Shown here: piece by piece, positions 54,492 through 63,016 of the stretch
Position numbering within the stretch: the first letter of the stretch is position 1
Layout: the number at the start of each line of letters is the position of its first letter
Source: Candidatus Epulonipiscium sp.
GTDB taxonomy: Bacteria > Bacillota > Clostridia > Lachnospirales > JAAYNZ01
Direction of reading: 5' to 3'
Assembly: GCA_012799415.1 (NCBI GenBank)
Contig: JAAZLH010000090.1
Span: forward strand, 17,668-81,667
DNA: 64,000 bases
Notes under the pieces: model-generated
What the model was told of the DNA's origin: nothing
Database searches by the model: none
Seen by the model: only the letters and a program-made list of their open reading frames with translations
Program-made: the position numbers and the translations under genes

Positions 54492-55268
54492 TTATTTAGC
54501 ATTAAAGTATTTATAGCTCTCATATAAGGATATCCAATGTGCATATTTTATATGATTAAGCGCAATATCTCTTTTCAGGCCTGCTATCATACATGCTCGT
54601 GATAACTGATTTTTAGTAAATACTTTTTCAAAACCATAGGTTCTAACTGTTTTAATAAAATTGAAATAATTATTTTTATCAACTTCTTTAATATCTGTTA
54701 CATCCTTTTTCTTAAAGTGAACTAGAACAATATCTACCTTAGGTTTTGGGTGAAAATCATCTTTTTGAAAATAATAGGCAATATCCATTTCAAAAAAGGG
54801 CTTAATTTCTAATGACTTTAAACTTTCTTTTGAACTTCCTATAAATCTCTTGGATGCACCTTTCTCCATAATTAGCCACATCTCTTCTGGAGAGTATTTG
54901 CCTTTAGTCAGTTTATCAACTATTTCTGTAGTACTATTAAATGGAATATTCGAAAAAACTTTATATTTATCTATATTCGGAAGTTGCCAGTTTAAAAAAT
55001 CATGATGATATAATTTTAGGTTATTTTTATTTTTGAACTTGTTTTGTAATTGGTTATATAAATTAAAGTCCAGTTCAACTGCATATACTAAAGAACATTT
55101 ATTTAAAAGAATATCTGTTATATGGCCTTTACCTGGACCAATTTCTAAAACTATATCATTTCTGCTAAGATTTGTTTTCGTAATGCAATTATTTATTTTA
55201 AATCTTGATGTCAAAAAGTTTTGAGACATCTTAATACAATTATTTATTTCTTTTCTATTTTTAGACAT
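54492..55268 (-). CDS. erm: Erm-family 23S rRNA adenine-N6 methyltransferase (ErmQ-like)
   Basis: SQNFL, EIGPGKGHIT, VFSNIPF, MEKGASKRF and FHPKPKVD motifs; upstream leader peptide and attenuator. Confidence 0.85.
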   Translation of the reverse strand: MSKNRKEINNCIKMSQNFLTSRFKINNCITKTNLSRNDIVLEIGPGKGHITDILLNKCSLVYAVELDFNLYNQLQNKFKNKNNLKLYHHDFLNWQLPNIDKYKVFSNIPFNSTTEIVDKLTKGKYSPEEMWLIMEKGASKRFIGSSKESLKSLEIKPFFEMDIAYYFQKDDFHPKPKVDIVLVHFKKKDVTDIKEVDKNNYFNFIKTVRTYGFEKVFTKNQLSRACMIAGLKRDIALNHIKYAHWISLYESYKYFNAK

Positions 55269-55298
55269 AAAAAAACCCCTTTGTATTTATGATAGAAA

Positions 55299-55350
55299 TA
55301 AAAAAGGGCACACTAAAAGGACTTTACTTAAAGTCAAATTTAATGTGCTC
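55299..55350 (-). terminator. Attenuator hairpin in the erm leader
   Basis: Minus strand GAGCACATTAAA...TTTAGTGTGCCC followed by TTTTTT, with inner GACTTT/AAAGTC stem. Confidence 0.6.
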
Positions 55351-55351
55351 T

Positions 55352-55441
55352 TTATTTACGATCTCTATCAACCATACATAGGGATGTAGTAAATCTAATA
55401 CTAGCTCCCATGGAAATCATCATTCTATTTAAGAGTCCCAT
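55352..55441 (-). CDS. erm leader peptide MGLLNRMMISMGASIRFTTSLCMVDRDRK
   Basis: 29-codon ORF with RBS GTGAGG, directly upstream of the attenuator and erm; not in the ORF track. Confidence 0.6.
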   Translation of the reverse strand: MGLLNRMMISMGASIRFTTSLCMVDRDRK

Positions 55442-55689
55442 GTAATATCCTCACTTTTAAAAAATAAAAATCATCCAAAATGATAGATGTTAGTTTCTAA
55501 CACAACTTATTATATCAGAATCACTCCATCAATTCAACTAATATAAACCTTCTTTATTTCCCCAAGTTTCAAAGATATTTATGGTATAAATAATGTACAG
55601 CACAACGTTATAATTATCTTATCAAGAATAATATTTACTTTGGTTGTGGAACATCCATAATTATTTTTTGACAACTCCCACAATAGTAT

Positions 55690-56037
55690 GCTTCCATAGC
55701 AGCTGATGATAGCAGGTAATAATTAGCCAGTATCATCCTATGCAATGTCCTCCAATGATGGAATTACATACCATGTTCCGTGGATCTCCATTTCAGGATG
55801 TGGCTCTTTACCATAAATATATTCTTTATCAAATGCATTCGTATATATCAAGGTCAGACTTTCTGGTTCTAGAGTTATAACTTCTTCATTTATGGCAACT
55901 GTTATATCTGTATTTTGCTGTGAAGTATCATAAGTTGACTTTTCTAGTTTGTCGGCATCTAATTTTTTAAATGAATTATATGCTGCTAAAGTTCCAATTA
56001 ACATCACTAAAACAGTTAAAAATATAGTTTTTTTCAT
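55690..56037 (-). pseudogene. Degraded secreted protein (Ig-like domain?)
   Basis: Signal peptide ORF ends EDIA-TAG, then continues DDTG-TAA-LLPA, consistent with two premature stops. Confidence 0.4.
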
Positions 56038-56211
56038 AGATTACCACTCTCCTTAATTGATTTGACGAGAATGATACCTTGAAAGTTTCATATTTCTATA
56101 CATCTTCATCTTCTATTTTACATAGTACGATAATATAATATTATTGATTCATAGATTCAATAATATTATAAAGCATTGCATAAATAGTGAAAAAGTTTGA
56201 ACTCCATTGAA

Positions 56212-57054
56212 TTATACTTCAAAAGTCATTCCATCATAAGCAAAGATAATGTCCTTATATTGCTTTTGTAATTCTAAATAATCGTCATAAGACTTACCCC
56301 AATCTTCCTCTAAATGAGTAATAATAACTTCCTGAATCCTATATTTATCTTTTAGCTGCTCAATTTCAATCATATTAAACAATTCGTCATTAAGGATATT
56401 ATTTTCTTTTAAAATGTAGTTATCTTTTAGCACTTTACCAACAATAGTGCTTCCGATTATCAAAACATTTGCATCTTTAAAAATATCATTATCAGGAAAT
56501 GGCTTTACATCACAGGGAGCATAAATAACTTTATTTTTTTTCTGTTCAAAAACAAATACGGTTGCGGAATCTGCTTTAATAAAAGTTAATTTTATATCAT
56601 CTAAATAAATAAATTTGCTCACTACTTTTCTTTTAATTATATTCCTACTGTTTTCGTAATAATCTAAATAAGAACCAAGTTTAGATCCTATGGAATTCAT
56701 ATCAGACATAACATGTTCCATAGCAAATACACTAATCGGATTTGTACATTCTTTTCCTTCAGAAATTTCAAACCAATTAAGACGCATATGTTCAAAAATT
56801 CTCATGCCAAGAGTGTGGTCCGGGTCCATATGGCTAAATAGTACGAAATTAACTTGTTGAATGTTGGCATAATTTAATGCATGTACGATATCTTCAGGAG
56901 TATCTACTAATAAGTTTAAATCCTCTAAAAATAAACTACACCCAAATCTAGAATAGGGATTCCCTTTTTTTCTTGCTTCCTTACAAACTTTGCAATTGCA
57001 TAAAGGCTTAGGTAATGCAACACATCCCCCACTTCCTAATACTATAAATTTCAT
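56212..57054 (-). CDS. MBL-fold metallo-hydrolase (PhnP-like)
   Basis: LGSGG..P.P.C.C.VC, VDTPED, SHMDPDH and ITH motifs. Confidence 0.8.
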   Translation of the reverse strand: MKFIVLGSGGCVALPKPLCNCKVCKEARKKGNPYSRFGCSLFLEDLNLLVDTPEDIVHALNYANIQQVNFVLFSHMDPDHTLGMRIFEHMRLNWFEISEGKECTNPISVFAMEHVMSDMNSIGSKLGSYLDYYENSRNIIKRKVVSKFIYLDDIKLTFIKADSATVFVFEQKKNKVIYAPCDVKPFPDNDIFKDANVLIIGSTIVGKVLKDNYILKENNILNDELFNMIEIEQLKDKYRIQEVIITHLEEDWGKSYDDYLELQKQYKDIIFAYDGMTFEV

Positions 57055-57217
57055 GAATTATTCCCCCCATACCTATTCTGCTTAAATTTTACATATTAAA
57101 CCATTTATCTCCAAGGTATTATTCATTAAATACCCATTAACAGAAATTTGAACAGAAACTTTAGATACAACGCCCATTTTTTTTGATTTTATGCTATGGT
57201 ACATAAAGAAATCGATA

Positions 57218-58048
57218 TTATTTAACAAGTGAACTTACCCATCTATATCCCTCATCAATAAATGCTTCACTCGGATTTGTTTCTGGAGTATGTTCAAAAA
57301 TAAAGAGAACATCTTTAGATTGTGCTAAAAACTGTATTATCTTTTCAATTTTATAATAGTTGCTATTTTCTTGTGTTGGATGAACTGGTATCCAAATATA
57401 CCCATCCCCTTCATAATGCACATTATGTAAGTGAACTACTTTTATAAATTCTCTCCATTTTAATAAGTAATTAAAAATTTGCTCTTTCGTGGCAATCATA
57501 TAGTCTCCTATATCTATACATATCTTTATATTGTATTTTGCCCAAATCTCTATTGGGAATTTATCCAGATAATTTATTCCAGCAGGAGAACGATTAAGTC
57601 CAAGTTTAGGTTCACAAATAATATCAATTGAATATTGCTCTTGTATATACCTTAACTTTTTCAAACCTTCCTCAATTAATATGTTCGTATCGGTTAATAC
57701 CTCTTCTTTGAAATATGGAAAATGAACTAGAAGATATTCCATTCCTAAAGCTGACATCCTTTTTGCCTCTAATTCTAATTGCTTCCAAGCATATTTAGAA
57801 TCAAATTGAACTTTTTCAATTAGGTCATATTTACTGTCACCACGAAACAAAGGAGAATGAACACCAAAAGAGACCTGGTGCTGCCTAGATAGTGCTAGAA
57901 ATTTATTTAATGCTTCTTCATTAAGAAACTCTCCAATCTCAATATGCTCAATTCCTTTCCAAAATAACTCTGAATATAGTTCTGGATTTGAAAAAATTAT
58001 ACTACCTGAAACCCCTAATCTATGTGCCATTTTATCCCCCTTTCTCAT
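57218..58048 (-). CDS. Xylose-isomerase-like TIM-barrel protein
   Basis: GVHSP, LVHFP, CEP, DIGD, VHLHN and FEH metal-site pattern. Confidence 0.7.
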   Translation of the reverse strand: MRKGDKMAHRLGVSGSIIFSNPELYSELFWKGIEHIEIGEFLNEEALNKFLALSRQHQVSFGVHSPLFRGDSKYDLIEKVQFDSKYAWKQLELEAKRMSALGMEYLLVHFPYFKEEVLTDTNILIEEGLKKLRYIQEQYSIDIICEPKLGLNRSPAGINYLDKFPIEIWAKYNIKICIDIGDYMIATKEQIFNYLLKWREFIKVVHLHNVHYEGDGYIWIPVHPTQENSNYYKIEKIIQFLAQSKDVLFIFEHTPETNPSEAFIDEGYRWVSSLVK

Positions 58049-58424
58049 TAGTTATAGCTATAGCTTCTAGAATAATGGAGATTACTTCTATTTATCGCAT
58101 GATCAAAGCAAATGCTTATCATCTCTATTGTATTTTCTAATAAGACCACGGATATAATTGAATAATTCTAATCCTATTTCAATTTAGGTTCTTATTCAGT
58201 AGTTTGCTTGTCTTTTACAATAAGACAAGATACAGCCTAACAAATCTCTTTAGCATTTTTCTGAGAAGTAGCACATCTAATATTAGCAAGGTATTTTGTT
58301 CCACAAAAGCTCAATGTTCCTTGCCCGATATTAACTAGTTCTCCTTCAGCTATTATTGTGTTACAGTCAGTACAATGTAATAGAATCCCTACTGCCGGTA
58401 CTACCTTGTAAAATAAAATTATCT

Positions 58425-58690
58425 AAAGGAGAAAATAATTTTGTACCTATGGCCATACTACGACTCTCTCGTAAGATATATGAATACTTGAAAGTTATAA
58501 ATATCTTTTTGTGAGCCAAAAAGTTGATTTCCAATAGATGTAAATGCCATAAGCATATCATTATGAAATGCACCAAATACTGTGCTATCTGCTTCTATAA
58601 TGTTTTTCACATATTTAACCAGCTATTCATATTCTTCTAAACCTCCATTGTTCTTCATAATTAGATTGATATGTGTTTGATGGACAATAT
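58425..58690 (-). pseudogene. Decayed GNAT acetyltransferase fragment
   Basis: Across frames: TVFGAFHNDMLMAFTSIGNQLFGSQK..YL*LSSIHISYE/SRSMAIGTKLF (GNAT motif A) with stops and frameshifts. Confidence 0.5.
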
Positions 58691-58716
58691 GTTTTAATTA
58701 TACTTAAAGATAATGC

Positions 58717-59586
58717 TTATTTTACATGCTTTTCATTTTCTAAAGTAACCACTACAATTTCTGGTCTATTAAATACTCTAATAGGTACTATACTATTACC
58801 AAGTCCTCTACTAACAAATAATGTTGAATGGCTTTTTGTGTAGAAACCACTTGTATACTTAGGAAACAACCCCTGATCTGGTGCTACTAATCCTCCAATA
58901 AAAGGCAGCCTAAATTGTCCTCCATGTACATGTCCAGAAAAAATGAGGTCTATATTTTCATTTGCATAGAGATCAAAAAGTTCTGGTCGATGAGAAAGTA
59001 AAATTTGAAAAACGGAATCATCCGATAAGCGTAAGAGATGGTCTTTTAGTTTAGATGTATTTGTTCTCTCTATATAGTCAGATGTTAAAAAATCTGGATC
59101 TGATAGCCCTAATATTTCTATCATTGATTTATCTTTTATCAGTTTGACTTTATTATCATCAAGTACTTGTACACCGCAATTCAGCAATTCTTGGCTGATA
59201 TTTTTATAATCACTACACCATGCTTCATGATTTCCAGAAACATAGTACACAGGAGCAATTTTCATTGCACCATTTATAAATGTTATTGCAGTATCAAGAT
59301 CATATTTTCTTCTATCAATTAAATCACCGGTAACAACAATTATATCGGGAGAAATTGTTCTGATTTTTTTTAATAGGCACTCTTGATTTTGGCCAAATTC
59401 TTTATTATGTAAATCCGAAATTTGAACAATCGTATATCCGTTAAATCCCTCTGGTACTTTAGCATTACTATAATCTATTTGTGTTGTAATTATATCAATA
59501 TTCTGCCATATGCAAAATATTGATATGGCTGTGGCAGCAAAGGCCACAATAAACATAATTCTAATTTCCTTATGTTTTACAAACAT
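58717..59586 (-). CDS. Metallophosphoesterase (YkuE-like)
   Basis: SDLH, TGDLID, GNHE, LSHRP and GHVHGGQ motifs; N-terminal TM. Confidence 0.88.
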   Translation of the reverse strand: MFVKHKEIRIMFIVAFAATAISIFCIWQNIDIITTQIDYSNAKVPEGFNGYTIVQISDLHNKEFGQNQECLLKKIRTISPDIIVVTGDLIDRRKYDLDTAITFINGAMKIAPVYYVSGNHEAWCSDYKNISQELLNCGVQVLDDNKVKLIKDKSMIEILGLSDPDFLTSDYIERTNTSKLKDHLLRLSDDSVFQILLSHRPELFDLYANENIDLIFSGHVHGGQFRLPFIGGLVAPDQGLFPKYTSGFYTKSHSTLFVSRGLGNSIVPIRVFNRPEIVVVTLENEKHVK

Positions 59587-59831
59587 ATCCCACTTCCTAT
59601 TATCCATTATGTTTAGTTTATATTTTTCTACGCATATACATTTTATCAATAAGTTAATTCCCATTAAGCCAATAAATCCCTTAATAATATATATATTCAA
59701 TTTACTGTTATAAATAATCTTTATTTTTTTATACTATACAGATGTATATTCTATAAAAACTTCAAAACATTCGTTGATTTAATTCTTTCATAATTTATAA
59801 AGAATACATATATAGTTAACAGATAATAATA

Positions 59832-60194
59832 CTAAATTCCAAAGTGGATTAACCATTTATTTTCTTTGATTGCATCACAAATTTTTTCAATCAATTTTTC
59901 AAGTTCTCTTGATTTATACTCAATGTTCTCTTCATTAACAATATTTAAAAATTGCTTAAGAGACTTTGGAGGTATTAATGTTATTCCATAATATGCAAGA
60001 TCTTTGTAAGGTCTATTTGTATTATGTGCAAATGTTTCAAGTTTTTTCATTTTATTGCCGAACCCCTTATGATAGATTTCATCGATAAGGTCACCATCAA
60101 CAGAAATACAATTATATTTTTCAGGTTCATAGAAAGTGTAATCTTTATTTTCTTCAATATAATCAATCATTCCGAATTTATGGATATATGGCAT
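59832..60194 (-). CDS. Hypothetical protein
   Basis: RBS GGAGG before MPYIHKFG; LAYYGITLIPP..HFGI motifs. Confidence 0.65.
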   Translation of the reverse strand: MPYIHKFGMIDYIEENKDYTFYEPEKYNCISVDGDLIDEIYHKGFGNKMKKLETFAHNTNRPYKDLAYYGITLIPPKSLKQFLNIVNEENIEYKSRELEKLIEKICDAIKENKWLIHFGI

Positions 60195-60470
60195 AAACAG
60201 TCCTCCTAAATTGATATATTCATTTATCACATCTCAAATAATATAGATTGTCTTTTTTAGATTATATCACATTTAAATAATATATCGATCTATCTCATAA
60301 TTTTGGTAAAAAGTATTTTTAATATGATATCATTTCATTTTTAAAAGATATGATCACTACCTCTAACTTCTATATTTACATCATCTAATCTTTATTACTA
60401 TAGATCAATAAATTTTAGAAAAAAAGACATCCATGCTGATGTCTTATAATTCTTATTCTTATTCTTCTTC

Positions 60471-61118
60471 TCATTCATCCTCATTTTCATCTGTTTTCTC
60501 ATCCTTTATTTCATCTTCAGGGTGCTGCTTACAATTCTTACAAAGAGCATGAAAGATATCTTCATAAAAATCGCTACTGTCAGTATTTATTGCTTTCACA
60601 ATAGTAGAAATATCTGAATACTGTACAGGAATAAAATTTACTCTATTACTTTTAAGATATTTTTTTAATTCTAGATCAATTTTTAAACTTTCTTCATAGG
60701 AATGAATTCGCCCTCTGTTTTGATATTCCCTATTCCCTCTTTCTACAAAAAGATTAAGATTATTAAACTTTTGAGATAAAGAATTAGTTATCATCTGTAA
60801 AGTGTTTAAGCCCTCTTTGGCATAAATAATACTTTGTTTAATTGGGGCATCTGTTACAATGGCATCTACTTGACCATACATACGGTTAATTCTTCTAAAT
60901 TTTTCTGTAAGTATAGAAAGTTCATTTACAAATGAACCATCTAAAAGCTTTTCTTTTCCATCATAGATTAGCTCTTTAGCTACCTCGCCAACAAATTCCG
61001 CTTCAATTCTTCTTTTTCTAAGTTCACTCGTGATTTCTAATGCACATGTGGTTTTTCCTGACCCAGGACCACCAAAGAGGTTAATTACAATTGTATTGTA
61101 GGTCGCCGTTTTCCTCAC
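60471..61118 (-). CDS. P-loop NTPase (AAA_28 / nucleotide-kinase-like, mobile-element type)
   Basis: INLFGGPGSGKTT Walker A, VTDAP and GRIHSYEES motifs. Confidence 0.7.
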   Translation of the reverse strand: MRKTATYNTIVINLFGGPGSGKTTCALEITSELRKRRIEAEFVGEVAKELIYDGKEKLLDGSFVNELSILTEKFRRINRMYGQVDAIVTDAPIKQSIIYAKEGLNTLQMITNSLSQKFNNLNLFVERGNREYQNRGRIHSYEESLKIDLELKKYLKSNRVNFIPVQYSDISTIVKAINTDSSDFYEDIFHALCKNCKQHPEDEIKDEKTDENEDE

Positions 61119-61200
61119 TCCTTACTGTGTAAACTTTACTATAGCTCCAAAATCTCTTCTAATTTTAATTTTGAGGTTTATTTTATACAAGAGAGTATTA

Positions 61201-62073
61201 TTATAAATTAGACTTTGCATATTCTATTCTGCTTTTTAAATAATCATTCGTGGAGATTCCTTTTTCCGTAAACACTTTATAACATTCTAATGCTAACCTA
61301 TGCTGAGATATATCTATCAAATTTATTATAAAATTATTTATACCAACCCTTGCTTGATTATACATAGAACGCTTGCTATTAAGGTGCTCCCAAGTACCCC
61401 AAATACCCCAAATATCATAATAATCCTTTTTTTTATTATCCAAATCCAAATAAGGGACTAAAGCATCAAAAGAGTTCATTGCTTTATCTAATGTTTCAGA
61501 TTGAATTTCTTTTGTAATAAGTAGCAATGAATAATACGTAATCGTGTAAAACTTAATATTGTAATCAAGTGGGTTTTCTTCTATAAGATTCTTCATATTA
61601 TTTAATGCAAATTCAGATATTCTTTTATTAGGCTTCCCAAGATTTGGATTTTTCAAGGCTACTGCTGCTCTATGAGATTCAAATCTGATTCCTAAATTAG
61701 TGCTTGTTTTTGGTGCAGTATTACAGGCTGTTTGATATAAATCGAACCAAAAGTCTCCGTATCCTCCTTGAATTAGTGTTGCCTTTTGTGTACCATCTGA
61801 AACAGGCCAAAACAGCATTTCTTTAGGTAGCTCTTTATTAACAAAATCTAAAAATTTTATATGATTCTTAAGTTCTTCATCCGCCATTCTAAGCATGGCA
61901 TAATTATCTGAAATACTCCAGTATGCCCATCCGATATCCATATTATTCTTCGTGTCTTTATTATTTAAAAAATCTTGAAGAGTAGATATAATTTTTGTCT
62001 TATTGTTCTCTTTTTGAAGTTGCCTTATTGTGTTAAGTAGATTAATATCCATATATTTGCCCTCCCTAATCAT
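61201..62073 (-). CDS. Hypothetical protein
   Basis: 290-aa open frame; no family recognised. Confidence 0.7.
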   Translation of the reverse strand: MIREGKYMDINLLNTIRQLQKENNKTKIISTLQDFLNNKDTKNNMDIGWAYWSISDNYAMLRMADEELKNHIKFLDFVNKELPKEMLFWPVSDGTQKATLIQGGYGDFWFDLYQTACNTAPKTSTNLGIRFESHRAAVALKNPNLGKPNKRISEFALNNMKNLIEENPLDYNIKFYTITYYSLLLITKEIQSETLDKAMNSFDALVPYLDLDNKKKDYYDIWGIWGTWEHLNSKRSMYNQARVGINNFIINLIDISQHRLALECYKVFTEKGISTNDYLKSRIEYAKSNL

Positions 62074-62587
62074 TAATTTATCATATTACTGATGTATACT
62101 AATAAAATCTTGCCGAAATAGTCTCACCATCTAGTACTCATTATCTCATTCTAATCATCCTCCTAAGATTATTAATTTTCAGTGGAGCTAGTATATAGAG
62201 TTACTTATCTCTAAAAGTGCCTAATTACTCATTTATTTCATATTATAATACTATTGAGTATTTTATCAAAGTCTTTATTTTTCTATCAATTGCTTTCCAA
62301 GAGACTCCTCTTTATATCATCTTTTTATCTATTAAAGTTTTGATTTTCTCCAATCAATTAGCATATAGATTAAACTTACAATGCGTCTGAATCTCAACTA
62401 CAGTGATATCATCATAGAGTTGTCAATAATGTAGATGTTCCTTTACGCATCTTAAAAATCAAACCAAATCTTTCTTATCTATAAGAAAATAATAGGAGCA
62501 AAAGCTAAGCATATTTTCCATATGCTTGTCCATTTTTATTGTTTATATAATCTGTTGTTATCATTGTATTGTTATTCACTAAACTAT

Positions 62588-62615
62588 CCAATGAGTCTAC
62601 ACTGCCATGAGGTTG
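62588..62615. repeat. attL: element arm CCAATGAGTCTACA plus core CCATGAGGTTG (62605-62615)
   Basis: Direct repeat of 51456-51466; arm inverted relative to 51467-51480. Confidence 0.9.
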
Positions 62616-62891
62616 GTTATCTGGATTCCAATGCCCACCTGTACTACCAAAGGGCTCATTAGGATTGCCAATAGTACAATTTCCAAATTCATGAATATGG
62701 AAACCATGTGGACCGATTGGTGATTGACCGGGTTGAGCCGGCTGATACTTAGGCAATCCTTGAATATATACATAAACTTCTGTACCATTTGGAACATCTT
62801 TAAAAATAACTGTTCCTATAATCTGTGGTGCTAGTGGTCCACCTTTAATATAAGCAATAGCTATAGGTTGTTTCATGTAATTATTCATCAT
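62605..62891 (-). CDS. sodC: 5' half of interrupted Cu/Zn superoxide dismutase
   Basis: GPHGFHIHEFGNC...GGHWNPDNQPHG; similarity to SodC stops exactly at the repeat; RBS AGGAGAG. Confidence 0.9.
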
Positions 62892-62926
62892 TATAATCTC
62901 TCCTATTTATAAATAAATCTCAAAAT

Positions 62927-62955
62927 CATCTTATGCCCGCGCATACGTAGATGTG
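62927..62955 (-). promoter_or_regulatory. Sigma-K-like promoter of sodC
   Basis: Minus strand CACA-N16-CATAAGATG, just downstream of the uraA terminator. Confidence 0.65.
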
Positions 62956-62970
62956 AGAAAGCTAGGATAA

Positions 62971-63015
62971 TAAAAAGCAACAACCGAAGTCAATGACCTC
63001 AGTTGTTGCTTTTTA
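62971..63015 (-). terminator. Terminator of the permease gene
   Basis: TAAAAAGCAACAAC...GTTGTTGCTTTTTA inverted repeat. Confidence 0.8.
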
Positions 63016-63016
63016 T

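Larger units (their letters stand above)
51456..62615 (-). mobile_element. sodC-intervening element (serine-recombinase, skin-like), 11,149 bp if excised
   Basis: 11-bp direct repeats at both ends, inverted arms, terminal recombinase gene, AT-rich accessory cargo, host gene split in frame. Confidence 0.9.

Noticed and set aside
58367-58576. 69-aa ORF containing GSTGS, a possible P-loop
   Set aside because: No GK[ST]; better explained as an off-frame read of the GNAT pseudogene
62505-62604. C-terminal 32 aa of the 128-aa ORF
   Set aside because: Read-through into element DNA past attL; not SodC sequence
51456-62615. Prophage or ICE interpretation of the element
   Set aside because: No capsid, terminase, tail, relaxase, T4SS or replication genes recognised
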